From a virus, in the IMG/VR virus record IMGVR_UViG_3300017710_002137, positions 17,209 to 81,208 of that record: 64,000 nt of DNA; one strand, given 5' to 3'. Position 1 is the stretch's first letter. Each line of letters opens with the position of its first letter. The notes beneath the pieces were generated by a model. That model was not told the DNA's origin. It saw nothing but the letters and a program-made list of their open reading frames with translations, and did not search any database. The position numbers and the translations under genes were made by a program. Shown piece by piece: positions 28,400 to 39,283 of the stretch.

Positions 28400-29798
28400 A
28401 CTTGGTATAATAGTTCCATATAGAGATAGAGAACAACAACTGAAAAGGTTCTTATCTCATATGAAAGATTATATTAAGGATATTGATTACGAAATCTTCA
28501 TCATTGAACAGGCAGATGATAACCCTTTTAATAGAGGTAAACTTCTGAATGCAGGATATAAGTATGCCTTAGATAAAGGGTGCGATTATTTTGTATTTCA
28601 CGATGTTGATATGTTGCCTGAAGATGTAGATTATTCGTATTCAGATAAACCTCTACATTTAGCAACACACTTACAAGAACACGATTACGAAACCACATTT
28701 TTTGATTACTTTGGTGGAGTAACAATGTTTACAAAAGAAGATTTCAAAACTATCAATGGATTCTCAAACGAATATTGGGGATGGGGATTTGAAGATGATG
28801 ATTTACTTATCAGATGTTTAGATTCAAATCTACAATTAGATATGGATTCAAATGGTAGCGATACTATTCAAGAAATAGAATCATTTAAATTTGATGGAAA
28901 TGAATCCTTTATAAAATTAAGTACAGATAAAAAGTTACACTTATTGGAAGATGAGTTTACAATATCTGTAATGGTTAAACCTGAAAACATAAAATTGAGT
29001 GTTAATAAGGATTATGATGAATTTCCCATATTATCAATTCCTGGTTATAACATAGGATTGTTTTATAACTCATTTAGAAGATTCTTCTGTCAAGCATATG
29101 ATGTTGATAAAAAATCACATTCAATATCAACTGATATTGTTGGTGATAGGTGGGTTCATTTAACAATGGTTTATGAAAATTCAGATACCTTAAAGTTTTA
29201 TATGAATGGTGAATTGGTTAGTGTTGAAAAAATGAACAATGAGATACTACAATTACCTTCTAATGAAATATATGTTGGGATTGGAAATGGTAAACCAACA
29301 AATAAAGACTTCTTTTATGGATTAATATCGGGTATCGAGATATACGATATTGCACTTACTGATGATGAAATAGTTGAGATATATGAAAACCCAACAAAAC
29401 CAAAACTTAGAAACTTTGGTAATTTTAAATCAAGTGAGTTTTTATATACACAAATATTACCACAATTATCATCATCCACTACTTGTATAGACTTGGGTGG
29501 CAAATATGATGTTTATTTGAATAATATATATTTATATAAGAGTAGAGAATCATTTAAAACATTTTTGCCAAAACCACATAGAAGAAATTCTCGATTTGTA
29601 TCACTTAAACATAAAAGCAACTCTTCGGTTGGTAATAAATGGATTCATAAAGAAACAAGAAAAAATCAATTAAAATACTATAACGATGTTAGAGAAGGAA
29701 TTGATGATTTTAGAATAGATGGATTAAACACTCTCAGATATAAAGAAATTAAAAAAGAAGAAACTAACTTAGTTACTAAAGTACTAATAGAACTATGA
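28347..29798 (+). CDS. GT7 glycosyltransferase with inserted LamG domain
   Basis: IIVPYRDR, FNRGKLLNAG, FHDVDMLP, YFGGV, NGFSNEYWGWGFEDDD; LamG FKFDG...WVHLTMVY...FYMNG...IEIYDIALT; terminal DGLNTLRY. Start codon uncertain. Confidence 0.88.
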   Translation: MKESKRIQKLKEKKVNHKLGIIVPYRDREQQLKRFLSHMKDYIKDIDYEIFIIEQADDNPFNRGKLLNAGYKYALDKGCDYFVFHDVDMLPEDVDYSYSDKPLHLATHLQEHDYETTFFDYFGGVTMFTKEDFKTINGFSNEYWGWGFEDDDLLIRCLDSNLQLDMDSNGSDTIQEIESFKFDGNESFIKLSTDKKLHLLEDEFTISVMVKPENIKLSVNKDYDEFPILSIPGYNIGLFYNSFRRFFCQAYDVDKKSHSISTDIVGDRWVHLTMVYENSDTLKFYMNGELVSVEKMNNEILQLPSNEIYVGIGNGKPTNKDFFYGLISGIEIYDIALTDDEIVEIYENPTKPKLRNFGNFKSSEFLYTQILPQLSSSTTCIDLGGKYDVYLNNIYLYKSRESFKTFLPKPHRRNSRFVSLKHKSNSSVGNKWIHKETRKNQLKYYNDVREGIDDFRIDGLNTLRYKEIKKEETNLVTKVLIEL

Positions 29799-30205
29799 TG
29801 AGTATGTATAACAGAGGTATAATTGCAGGAAATTTTGATGTAATCCATCCTGGTTATATAAAGATGTTTAAAGAATGCAAATCATATTGTAAACAATTCA
29901 TAATTCTTCTTCATACAGACCCATCAATCGAAAGACCAGAAAAATTAAAACCAATTCTTACTAAAGAAGAAAGAACAGAGGTTTTAAGTTCAATAAAATT
30001 TATAGATTCAATAGCATACTACACATATGAAGATGAGTTGGTTAAATTAATAAAAGATTTAGAGCCAGATATCAGATTTTTAGGGGATGATTATAGAGGC
30101 AAAACATATACTGGTTTTGAATTAGATATACCCGTTCATTATCTAAACAGAGACCATGGTTGGTCAACAACCAAGTTTAAAAAACTAATTGCAGATACAC
30201 TATGA
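29795..30205 (+). CDS. Cytidylyltransferase-family nucleotidyltransferase (TagD/RfaE domain II-like)
   Basis: GNFDVIHPGY, KP...ER, GDDY, RDHGWSTT. Confidence 0.85.
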   Translation: MMSMYNRGIIAGNFDVIHPGYIKMFKECKSYCKQFIILLHTDPSIERPEKLKPILTKEERTEVLSSIKFIDSIAYYTYEDELVKLIKDLEPDIRFLGDDYRGKTYTGFELDIPVHYLNRDHGWSTTKFKKLIADTL

Positions 30206-31650
30206 AGTTAGGAGTTTGTGTACCATATAGAAACAGAGAAGCACACCTTAAAGAATTTATACCAAGAATTGGTAAGTACCTTGAGGATAGGGGAATTGAT
30301 TATCAAATTTATTTTGGTCATCAGGTAGATGATAAGTTGTTCAATAGAGGAGCAACAAAAAATATCGCTGCTGAGTGGGCATTTAAGGAAGGGTGTGATT
30401 ATGTTGTGTGGCATGATATAGATATGATACCTGAACAAGGTGGGGGAGCTGATTATAGTTTTCCAAAAGAAAACCCAAGACATATCGCTACACAAATTTC
30501 ACAAATGAACTATGATTTAAAGTACGAAGAATATTTTGGAGGAGCTATTTTATTTTCCAAAGAACAAGTAGAGAGAACAAATGGTTATAGTAATGATTAT
30601 TGGGATTGGGGCATGGAGGATGATGACCTCTTTTGGAGGTGTGTCCTCGAAGGTTACACAAAAACAGATGTTATGGATTATACAACGAAACCCCAATCTT
30701 TTCTCTCGTTTAATGGTAAAGGTTCACATATAGAAATACCATGTACAAGACAATTAAGAAACTTGACTTCTCGTTCACATACAATCTCAGTATTAGTTAG
30801 AGCACATCAACAAGAAGAAAAAGTTCCTATTTGGTTAGTTGGTGATATGGAAAGAAGATTTTGTGAGTATCCAATACTTCGTAGACCAGGTTATGATTAT
30901 GGGTTAAGTTACAACAATTCAAGAACTTACACAGCACAACTTTGGAATAATCAAAGAAATCACATCTATCAATGGATGAAGAATTATGAAAACAGATGGG
31001 CGTGGATAACTCTTGTTGTAGATGAAAACAAAATTCATTTTTATATGAATGGAAAAGAATCTGATGCAAGATGGGGAACAGGAACACATTCACCACAAGA
31101 ATTTGAAGGTATGTTAAAACGATATGGTAATAAAAGTTATTACTTAGGAACAACAACATCAGTACCCGATGATGAACCTTCAAAGTGGTTTAGTGGAGAT
31201 ATTGCAGATGTTAGAATGTGGAATAGAGCCTTAACATCTGAAGAAGTATCAAATATACATAATGAAGTTGAAAATGATGGTTTAATCCTTCATTATGATT
31301 TTGAAAATGGTTTAGTGATGGATAAATCAGATAATGATAATGATGGTATCAGTCATGATTGTGAATTTAAAACAGAAGAAATACAAATACCACACACAAC
31401 AGTACCACATAGAGTACCTGGTAGAATGTTTTGTTTAGAACATAAAGATGAAGGTTTGGTAAAGAACGAACATGGAAAAGATGTGTGGGCAAAAGGTGAA
31501 ACAACTGCAAGAAATGAAAAAAGATTTGTACATCAAATGCAACAAGGAAAGTGGGATTATAAATCAGATGGTATGAATTCTTTAAAATACGAATTAGTAA
31601 GTGTAGAAGAGATTACACCCAAAGCTAAATTTATTAATATTAAACTATGA
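30202..31650 (+). CDS. GT7 glycosyltransferase with inserted LamG domain
   Basis: VPYRNR, FNRGATKN, WHDIDMIP, YFGG, NGYSNDYWDWGMEDDD; LamG FSGDIADVRMWNRALT...LHYDFE; terminal DGMNSLKY. Confidence 0.88.
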   Translation: MKLGVCVPYRNREAHLKEFIPRIGKYLEDRGIDYQIYFGHQVDDKLFNRGATKNIAAEWAFKEGCDYVVWHDIDMIPEQGGGADYSFPKENPRHIATQISQMNYDLKYEEYFGGAILFSKEQVERTNGYSNDYWDWGMEDDDLFWRCVLEGYTKTDVMDYTTKPQSFLSFNGKGSHIEIPCTRQLRNLTSRSHTISVLVRAHQQEEKVPIWLVGDMERRFCEYPILRRPGYDYGLSYNNSRTYTAQLWNNQRNHIYQWMKNYENRWAWITLVVDENKIHFYMNGKESDARWGTGTHSPQEFEGMLKRYGNKSYYLGTTTSVPDDEPSKWFSGDIADVRMWNRALTSEEVSNIHNEVENDGLILHYDFENGLVMDKSDNDNDGISHDCEFKTEEIQIPHTTVPHRVPGRMFCLEHKDEGLVKNEHGKDVWAKGETTARNEKRFVHQMQQGKWDYKSDGMNSLKYELVSVEEITPKAKFINIKL

Positions 31651-33065
31651 GTAAAGTAATAGGTAATAACTTTAAAGAAATGAAACAGAAGTTAGATTCT
31701 GTTGGGTGTGGGTTTTGTTTAGCAAAATGGACACAAGTTACTATGCATTTACACGATGGTACTACACATTCATGTCACCATCCAGCTCCACATAAGATTG
31801 GGTTACGAGAAATAAAAAGAAATCATACAGCGTTACATAATAGTTCTCATAAGAAAAGAGCTAGAAAAGAAATGTTGGAAGATAAACGACCAAAGGAATG
31901 TGGATATTGTTGGAAAGTTGAAGATAACTCAAATTCTTTTTCTGATAGAATTTTTAAATCAGAAGAATCGTGGTCAAAACCATATTTTAATGAAATAAAG
32001 AATTCTCAATGGAGAGATGATTACTTACCAAAATATGTAGAAGTATCTTTTTCTAATACTTGTAATTTTAAGTGTGGATATTGTGGGCCTTCATATTCTT
32101 CAAAATGGGTTGAGGAAATGAGAAAACATGGAGAGTTTTCCACAGGTGATAATTTTAATTCACTTACAACATTAGAAAAAGAAGATACAATACCATATAA
32201 AAAAACAGAACATAATCCATATGTAGAGGCGTTTTGGAAATGGTGGCCAGAACTTTACCAAAGTATGGATACATTTAGAATAACTGGTGGTGAACCATTA
32301 CTTTCAAAAGATACGTTTAAAGTTTTAGATGAAATAATTGAAACCGATGAACCTAATACCAACTTAAAATTATCAGTAAATAGTAATCTTTGTGTTGATG
32401 ATAAACTTATAGATAAATTTATAGAAAAGGCTAAAGTAATTATCAAAGAAAAAAGAGTAAAAGAATTTATATTATATACATCAGTTGATACCTATGGTGA
32501 ACAAGCTGAATATATTAGATTTGGATTGGATTTTAAACAATTATTTGATAACATCGATAAAGTACTAACAGAGATACCTGAAATGACTATTGTTGTTATG
32601 TCTACTTTCAATATTTTTTCACCATTTAATTATGAAAAATTATTAAGAAAAATATATGATTACAAAGTAAAACATTTTAATACAAAAAGATATTGGAATT
32701 CTCCTTTAATATTAGATACATCATACTTAAGATATCCAGATTTTTTAAGTTTTAGATTACTAAAAGGATATTTAGATATTTCTTACTTTGATAAGTTAGA
32801 AAAGTATATGAAGTTTTTTTCATCGTATAGAAGCTTGAATTCATATCAATTACAAGAGCCAACAGATAGTGGATTTTCATTAAAAGAAATAGAAAAGATA
32901 TCAAGAATAAAAGATATTTTTATTGAAGATGATAAATCAGATGTAGAATTTTCTTTAGGTAAGAAAAAGTTTAAACACTACATTGCAGATTATAAACAAA
33001 GAAGAGGATTAGATTGTGAAAAAACTTATCCTGAAATGAGTGAATTTATAAAAAATATAAAATGA
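31647..33065 (+). CDS. Radical SAM protein with N-terminal Cys-rich (twitch/SPASM-like) domain
   Basis: CNFKCGYC (CxxxCxxC), ITGGEPL; N-terminal CLAKW...SCHH...CGYCW. Confidence 0.88.
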   Translation: MSKVIGNNFKEMKQKLDSVGCGFCLAKWTQVTMHLHDGTTHSCHHPAPHKIGLREIKRNHTALHNSSHKKRARKEMLEDKRPKECGYCWKVEDNSNSFSDRIFKSEESWSKPYFNEIKNSQWRDDYLPKYVEVSFSNTCNFKCGYCGPSYSSKWVEEMRKHGEFSTGDNFNSLTTLEKEDTIPYKKTEHNPYVEAFWKWWPELYQSMDTFRITGGEPLLSKDTFKVLDEIIETDEPNTNLKLSVNSNLCVDDKLIDKFIEKAKVIIKEKRVKEFILYTSVDTYGEQAEYIRFGLDFKQLFDNIDKVLTEIPEMTIVVMSTFNIFSPFNYEKLLRKIYDYKVKHFNTKRYWNSPLILDTSYLRYPDFLSFRLLKGYLDISYFDKLEKYMKFFSSYRSLNSYQLQEPTDSGFSLKEIEKISRIKDIFIEDDKSDVEFSLGKKKFKHYIADYKQRRGLDCEKTYPEMSEFIKNIK

Positions 33066-33808
33066 TAATAAATTATAAACAACCATATTGGATAAAATAT
33101 GAATGGGATTTGGGAGAACACAAAGACCATCAATATGTTACAGAATTTAACAAAAGTGAATCAGATAAAATATCTAATTTATTTCACCAACTAAATTATT
33201 CAATTAATATTGATTTTAAGTTGGATAAAGATTTGGAATCTGATAACATCTTCTGTATATTTGGAAAACCTGGTAAAAACTTTGGATTAACATACAACCA
33301 AGAAGCTGATACTTTAGCTTTAGAGTTTTGGACGGAAGCCACAACAAAAGTTGCAGGTGATGACTTTAAGTATTTACCATTTCATGGTGTGAAATACGAT
33401 GAATTATCTAAGGGTGTTGTTATAACAATTATTAGAAATAATGATGAGTTCATCATATATAAAAATTTTGAAAAAATAGGTGAAATTGATTTTGATAAAA
33501 ACTTAATCGATGATTACCGAACCGAAGGGTTATACTTGGGTACAGGCAATCCTGGTACAGAAGTACCTGAACATAGATATCATGGTTCTGTTGATATAGA
33601 TACATTATTCTTTATCGAAGATATAACAGATATTGATATTGTGAAAAAAGTATATGAAACTGATGTTAATAATTTAAATAAGTTGGATGAATATAAAAAT
33701 ATTATATTTAATTATGATTTCAATACAATTAATAATCAAGGAATCATATATGATAATTCAGAAAACGCGTTTTTTATAGAACAAGTACCAAGTGAATTTA
33801 TAAAATAG
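33062..33808 (+). CDS. Hypothetical protein, LamG/concanavalin-like
   Basis: Beta-rich; LYLGTG, FNYDF and IYDNSEN resemble the LamG inserts of the GT7 genes. Confidence 0.45.
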   Translation: MIINYKQPYWIKYEWDLGEHKDHQYVTEFNKSESDKISNLFHQLNYSINIDFKLDKDLESDNIFCIFGKPGKNFGLTYNQEADTLALEFWTEATTKVAGDDFKYLPFHGVKYDELSKGVVITIIRNNDEFIIYKNFEKIGEIDFDKNLIDDYRTEGLYLGTGNPGTEVPEHRYHGSVDIDTLFFIEDITDIDIVKKVYETDVNNLNKLDEYKNIIFNYDFNTINNQGIIYDNSENAFFIEQVPSEFIK

Positions 33809-33816
33809 GAAATAAT

Positions 33817-35274
33817 ATGTCAACAGAAAGTTTAAGAAAATGGAGAGATGAAAATCTCAATAGTATATCACCAAGTTTTTGTGCAGCAAAATGGTACAAT
33901 GTATCTTTACACTTAGGACATGGTTTTAAAAACTCGTGTCATTTACCTTTACCACATCCAATTGATGTAGAAAAGTTAAAAGATAGACCGAGTGAATTAC
34001 ACAATACAGATTTCTCAAAAAGACAGAGAAAGATGATGTTAGAAGGTAAAAGACCAGCCGAATGTTCTTATTGTTGGAAGATTGAGGATATTGGTAGAGA
34101 TAATATCGCTGATAGAATTTATAAATCAAGAATCTATAAAGAAGAAGATATTGCAGCTATAAAAGATGTTCCATGGGATGCTGATATTATTCCAAAAACC
34201 ATCGAAGCTTCCTTTGATAGAGTTTGTAATTTTGCTTGTTCATATTGTAACGCAGGATACTCAACTACATGGGGTAAGGATATTGATAAGTTCGGACCTT
34301 ATCAAAAGTTTAAATCCGTATCAGCTGGAGCATATCAAAACAATGGAGAATGGGCGGATGCTAATGGTAAATACAATGAACAAAATCCATATGTAGATGC
34401 TTTCTTAAAATGGTGGCCAGAATTAATCGAAGGAGGATTGGAAGAAATAAGAATTACAGGTGGTGAACCATGTGCATCTCCAAACTTTTGGAGTTTCTTG
34501 GATACCATGAAAGATTACCCATCTGAAAAACTTAGATTGGCTGTAAATTCCAATTTAGGTGGTAACTTTAAAAGAATACAACGATTAATTGATGCATCAT
34601 ATCAGTTACCAATTAAAGAATTTGATTTATATACATCTAATGAATCATTCGGAGCTCATGCTGAATATATTAGAGATGGGTTAATTTATCCTGAATGGAG
34701 AAGTCATATGGTTGCGTTTCTTGAAGGAGTAAATAAAGATATATTTCGTTCTTTAACAGTAATGATGACAATTAACTCACTATGTTTATTCTCAATAGAT
34801 GAATTCTTAGATGATATGATTGTATTAAAAAGAAAATATGGTTCTAATAGACCTAATGTTGATTTTAATATCTTAAGATGGCCAGCATTTATGTCTCCAT
34901 TAGCATTACCAAATGATGTAAAGGAATTCTTACACAATAAATTAAAAACTTGGTTTGAAACAAGAAAACAAGATAAAGATTTTTATCAGTTATTTAGTGA
35001 TGGAGAAATTGCACAGATAGAAAGATTAGTAGATTACATTGAAGTTGTACAAACAGGTCATGTTACTACTGAAGGAGAAAATGATACTCACTTTCACGAT
35101 TTTAAATCATTCTATGAACAATATGATAAAAGAAGAGGTAAGGATTTTTGTAAAACCTTTCCAGAACTTGCAGTGTGGTATAATAAAATAGAGGTTGATA
35201 AAACAATACCAGATGTACCTATTAAACCAGGAGATATAACTCACTACGAAGATGGTGAATATAAACCAAACTAA
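33817..35274 (+). CDS. Radical SAM protein, paralogue of 31647..33065
   Basis: CNFACSYC, ITGGEP, CAAKW...SCH...CSYCW, EYIRDG, C-terminal RRG...TFPEL. Confidence 0.88.
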   Translation: MSTESLRKWRDENLNSISPSFCAAKWYNVSLHLGHGFKNSCHLPLPHPIDVEKLKDRPSELHNTDFSKRQRKMMLEGKRPAECSYCWKIEDIGRDNIADRIYKSRIYKEEDIAAIKDVPWDADIIPKTIEASFDRVCNFACSYCNAGYSTTWGKDIDKFGPYQKFKSVSAGAYQNNGEWADANGKYNEQNPYVDAFLKWWPELIEGGLEEIRITGGEPCASPNFWSFLDTMKDYPSEKLRLAVNSNLGGNFKRIQRLIDASYQLPIKEFDLYTSNESFGAHAEYIRDGLIYPEWRSHMVAFLEGVNKDIFRSLTVMMTINSLCLFSIDEFLDDMIVLKRKYGSNRPNVDFNILRWPAFMSPLALPNDVKEFLHNKLKTWFETRKQDKDFYQLFSDGEIAQIERLVDYIEVVQTGHVTTEGENDTHFHDFKSFYEQYDKRRGKDFCKTFPELAVWYNKIEVDKTIPDVPIKPGDITHYEDGEYKPN

Positions 35275-36573
35275 ATGAATTTTGTTATAAGTGATACAGA
35301 AAACCACATTGTAAATGATGGTGGGGTTTTCAAAAATAAAGTAGGTAGTAATAGATTTACTCTTGCACCTATATTTAATGCTATGAGAATTTCAAGTGGA
35401 AATATAAACCACAATTTGTTTAAAGTAGATACGTTTACAAAAGATTCTAAACCAGAAAAATATATAATTCCACTTGGTGTTCATAATGACCCTCACAATT
35501 GGGGTGGTGGAAAAACATCCAAGTATGAAGATTACGAATCATTATTTGATTTATTAGATTCTGATTATTTGGAAGATTTAAAAAACGAAAAGGCTTTTTT
35601 ACTTATAGATAGTTCTTTTGAAGGATATCATGATGATTGGATATTTGAATTTTTTCATATTGAATGTAAAGAGAGAAACATAAATCCAAACTACATAATA
35701 TTCGTTACAGGAAATTCAATAGTGGAAGATTGTTATTCAGATTGGTTAAAAAATAACCCACAACAAAAAAATATTAAGGTTGTACCATATTCTCATTTTG
35801 AGTTTGATACTTATTTATTATCAAATGATTTACCACCTGGAAATGATAACTTCCCTCCTACTTTTGAAGAACATATTGAATATAAATCAAAAAACAAAAT
35901 TGTATCGTTTTGTAATCTAAATAAAAAACCAAGAAGGCATAGAATAAACTTTTATTCTTTATTACATAAAAATGATTTATTAAAAGATGGACTTGTTAGT
36001 ATGAATTATTTTCATGAATCAGTTGAGTTTTGTAATTATAAACTTACTGAAGATGAAACTAATGAAATAAAAAAAACACTACCAAGTTTAATTTATAATA
36101 CATCTAATGAAACATATGACCCAAATTATTATGTTACTCGATTTAATGATAAGGTTTGCTTAGATAGTTACTTTTCAGTTATTAGTGAAGCACAATATGA
36201 AGATACTCAGAGAACAATATTCTTAAGTGAAAAGATTTTTAAAGTAATGATGTGTTCACACCCATTCATGGTGTTAGGAAATAAACACTCATTAAAAGAA
36301 TTAAAAAAACTTGGATATAAAACATTTGATAAATGGATAGATGAATCTTATGATGAAATGGATGATTGTAGAAGGTTTGAAAAAATAGTAGATAATCTAA
36401 AAAAAATTGTTTCAATTGAAGATAAGATAAGTTGGTTTAAGGAAATGGAAGATGTAATAAAACATAACAGAAATCAAATTAAAATAAATACAACAGAAAA
36501 CATATCATATGCATTTAATTCAGTACATACTTATTTTAATGAATTTAACAAAAAAGATAGTAAATTAATATGA
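35275..36573 (+). CDS. Putative glycosyltransferase (N-x-x-x-x-x-HR / [ST]EK / D-x-SYD family)
   Basis: NKKPRRHR, VISE, LSEKIFK...HPF...LGYKTF...IDESYD. One of four paralogues. Confidence 0.5.
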   Translation: MNFVISDTENHIVNDGGVFKNKVGSNRFTLAPIFNAMRISSGNINHNLFKVDTFTKDSKPEKYIIPLGVHNDPHNWGGGKTSKYEDYESLFDLLDSDYLEDLKNEKAFLLIDSSFEGYHDDWIFEFFHIECKERNINPNYIIFVTGNSIVEDCYSDWLKNNPQQKNIKVVPYSHFEFDTYLLSNDLPPGNDNFPPTFEEHIEYKSKNKIVSFCNLNKKPRRHRINFYSLLHKNDLLKDGLVSMNYFHESVEFCNYKLTEDETNEIKKTLPSLIYNTSNETYDPNYYVTRFNDKVCLDSYFSVISEAQYEDTQRTIFLSEKIFKVMMCSHPFMVLGNKHSLKELKKLGYKTFDKWIDESYDEMDDCRRFEKIVDNLKKIVSIEDKISWFKEMEDVIKHNRNQIKINTTENISYAFNSVHTYFNEFNKKDSKLI

Positions 36574-37931
36574 ATGTAAATTTCGTATATAGTGATTTTT
36601 CTGATAATGGTAGGGCATTACCAAATTGTTCTGCCCAACATCCAAACTTTCATTGGTTTGATTCTACAAACTTTTTTTCATCTTACTTAAATGATGATGA
36701 GAATAATTTTACATATTGGGAAGATACTGAAAAGTTTAATATAGTAAAACATAAACTAAATAGTGTAATAAGTAATCCAACTGAGCCTTTCTTTTTTATG
36801 GTATCCCATCCGGGTCTTTGTTATAATGAAATGGATAGTCTACATAATTTAGGAATAAAACCACAAATAATAAAAAGGTTAAAAACAAATCAAAACTTTT
36901 ATTTAGTTTACTTGTTAGAACATGAATCAGATTCTATAAGTGGATTAAATGTTTTGGTAGACAAATTAAATAAACTTGGAATCAGTCACAAAACTATTAT
37001 TTGTAATAATAATTCTCGTATAAAAGAAAACTTTGAAAAGGTAAAAAAGATTCATAACTACGATAGTACAGCAAGGGTACACAAGTTAAACTTTTTAACA
37101 TGGTCAACACTACAAGTTCTAACATTCGAAAATTCAGATTTTAAAGCTTATCCATTTGAGTGGAAAGAGAATAAAGATGGAAAGTTTTTTATGTGTAGAA
37201 ATAAAGGTGGAAAGCCACATAGAATGGCAATGTTAGCTTTTATTAGAGCTTTTAAGGAATTTGAAAATAATGTAAACTACTCTTTTATTGGTAATCCCTT
37301 ATATGGTGATTTGGTAAGAAAAATGAAAGATTTTTTTTCCTTTCAATTTATTATAGATAACTCAAGAGATATTTTTGAACTTATGAATTTTTATAAGGAA
37401 GATGATTATGAAAGTGGGTTAAATTGGGTAGATGAAAAAACAGGAGAATTTAAACATAAGAATTTAGCTCCGATATATTTAGTACCAGAGTTACATGAAG
37501 CTTTTGGTAATTCGTATATGAATATAGTAACAGAATCTGCATATTTTTCTGAAGAAGAAGTGGTTCACATTACAGAAAAAAGTTTTAGACCATTTTTTTA
37601 CTACCAGTTTCCAATATTTTTAGCATCACCATATCATGTTAAACAACTTAAAGATTGGGGATTTGATTTATTTGATGATTTGATAGACCACTCATATGAT
37701 TTAGAAGAGGATGATATGATTCGTTTTCAAATGCTTACAAAAGAATTATTAAGAATCAATTCTGATAAACAAAAGTTTATAGATTTATATCCAAAACTAA
37801 AAGATAGGTTCTTTAAAAATAAAGAAGTATTTTTAAATTTAGCACATGATGTAAAAAAACAAGATATAGAGTTTTTTAAAAACTTTATAATTGAATATAA
37901 AGAAGATATTTCAAATAAACCAATAATATGA
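36570..37931 (+). CDS. Putative glycosyltransferase, same family
   Basis: NKGGKPHR, NIVTES, HITEKSFRPF, GFDLFDDLIDHSYD. Confidence 0.5.
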   Translation: MNVNFVYSDFSDNGRALPNCSAQHPNFHWFDSTNFFSSYLNDDENNFTYWEDTEKFNIVKHKLNSVISNPTEPFFFMVSHPGLCYNEMDSLHNLGIKPQIIKRLKTNQNFYLVYLLEHESDSISGLNVLVDKLNKLGISHKTIICNNNSRIKENFEKVKKIHNYDSTARVHKLNFLTWSTLQVLTFENSDFKAYPFEWKENKDGKFFMCRNKGGKPHRMAMLAFIRAFKEFENNVNYSFIGNPLYGDLVRKMKDFFSFQFIIDNSRDIFELMNFYKEDDYESGLNWVDEKTGEFKHKNLAPIYLVPELHEAFGNSYMNIVTESAYFSEEEVVHITEKSFRPFFYYQFPIFLASPYHVKQLKDWGFDLFDDLIDHSYDLEEDDMIRFQMLTKELLRINSDKQKFIDLYPKLKDRFFKNKEVFLNLAHDVKKQDIEFFKNFIIEYKEDISNKPII

Positions 37932-38539
37932 GATTAATTGCATTTGGAGACAGTTGGACTGCAGGACATGGTGTAGAAACTGATTCTACATATAAAGAAA
38001 TTGTAAATCCTCCAACATTTATTGAAAAACTTAGAGAACAAAATTCATGGCCAAGGTGGTTATCTGAAAAATTGGGGATTCCCTATGTTAATATGGGATA
38101 TTGTGGATTTGGAAATGAATATATCTTAAATGAGGTTGAAAAGGCTAAAAAGTTTATACAAAAAGATGATATTGTTGTAGTAGTTTTTACATATCCCTTT
38201 AGATATAAAAAATATAGTAAACTTACACCCTTTCAAATATTCCAAATGTTTGAAAATCAATTAATTGGACATAAAAGATTTTATTTTAATGGATTTTATC
38301 CACTTTTGGAAGATGAGTATCACAATAAACTACCTAAAAACTATATTAATCCAAAAGGAACACTTTCTTATATACTGCAGGTAGAAGAAGTTGAGAAAGG
38401 AACTAATGTTTGGGAGTATGGAAGTAAATCTGTTTGGAATGATGAAAAAAACTACTATGAGGGAGATTATCATCCAAACTTAAATGGATATAAAATCATA
38501 TCAGACTTTATGTTTAACGAAATACAAAAAATTTTATAA
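37928..38539 (+). CDS. SGNH/GDSL-like hydrolase or acyltransferase
   Basis: FGDSWTAG, NMG...N, DYHPNLNGY. Confidence 0.8.
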   Translation: MRLIAFGDSWTAGHGVETDSTYKEIVNPPTFIEKLREQNSWPRWLSEKLGIPYVNMGYCGFGNEYILNEVEKAKKFIQKDDIVVVVFTYPFRYKKYSKLTPFQIFQMFENQLIGHKRFYFNGFYPLLEDEYHNKLPKNYINPKGTLSYILQVEEVEKGTNVWEYGSKSVWNDEKNYYEGDYHPNLNGYKIISDFMFNEIQKIL

Positions 38540-39282
38540 TGGGAGTACAAACAAATGAACATAAAAACATATGGAACACTCATATAGAATTATTTAGAGA
38601 TAAGTTAAGTGATTATAAAATAAAATCATATAATGATAACTATTCTGCTGTTATAATGGAAACTCGTGAACACCCACATTTAGAAACTGTTATAAAAAAT
38701 ACAATGTATTATTTGAATGAATCAGATTCTAATAACAAATGGAAGTTAGAAATATTTCATGGTAATCTAAACAAAGAATTCTGTGAAAAAATAGTAGAAG
38801 GTATTGATAATGTTGAATTACATCACATTGATTATGATTCTATGGGATTGTATGATTATGATTCAGTATTTAGAACAACAGAGTTTTGGAAAACAATAAC
38901 ATCTGATACTATTTTAATATTTCAAGCAGATACTGTATTGTTAAAACATGGAATTGATGAGTTTTTAAAATATTCGTATGTTGGAGCTCCATGGTTAAAA
39001 CCAAAAGAGGGTAAATATGTTGGAAATGGTGGATTGGCATTACGAAATAAACAAAAAATGATAGAAGTTATAGAAAACTATCCAAACGATAACTATTTTA
39101 AAGAAGATATTTACTTTATAAAATATTTAAATGATGAAGATATAGCACCAATTGAGGTTGCACAAAGATTTGCGGTTGAAGATTTATATTATAATGACCC
39201 ATTTGGGTTACATCAACCAAAAATTCAATACAAATATTTAAAAATATTGATGAAACGAGGTATAAACAACATAAATTATTAA
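38539..39282 (+). CDS. DUF5672-like putative glycosyltransferase
   Basis: IFQAD, YSYVGAPW, VGNGGLALRN, EDIYF, AQRFAVE, PFGLH. Confidence 0.75.
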   Translation: MGVQTNEHKNIWNTHIELFRDKLSDYKIKSYNDNYSAVIMETREHPHLETVIKNTMYYLNESDSNNKWKLEIFHGNLNKEFCEKIVEGIDNVELHHIDYDSMGLYDYDSVFRTTEFWKTITSDTILIFQADTVLLKHGIDEFLKYSYVGAPWLKPKEGKYVGNGGLALRNKQKMIEVIENYPNDNYFKEDIYFIKYLNDEDIAPIEVAQRFAVEDLYYNDPFGLHQPKIQYKYLKILMKRGINNINY

Positions 39283-39283
39283 T

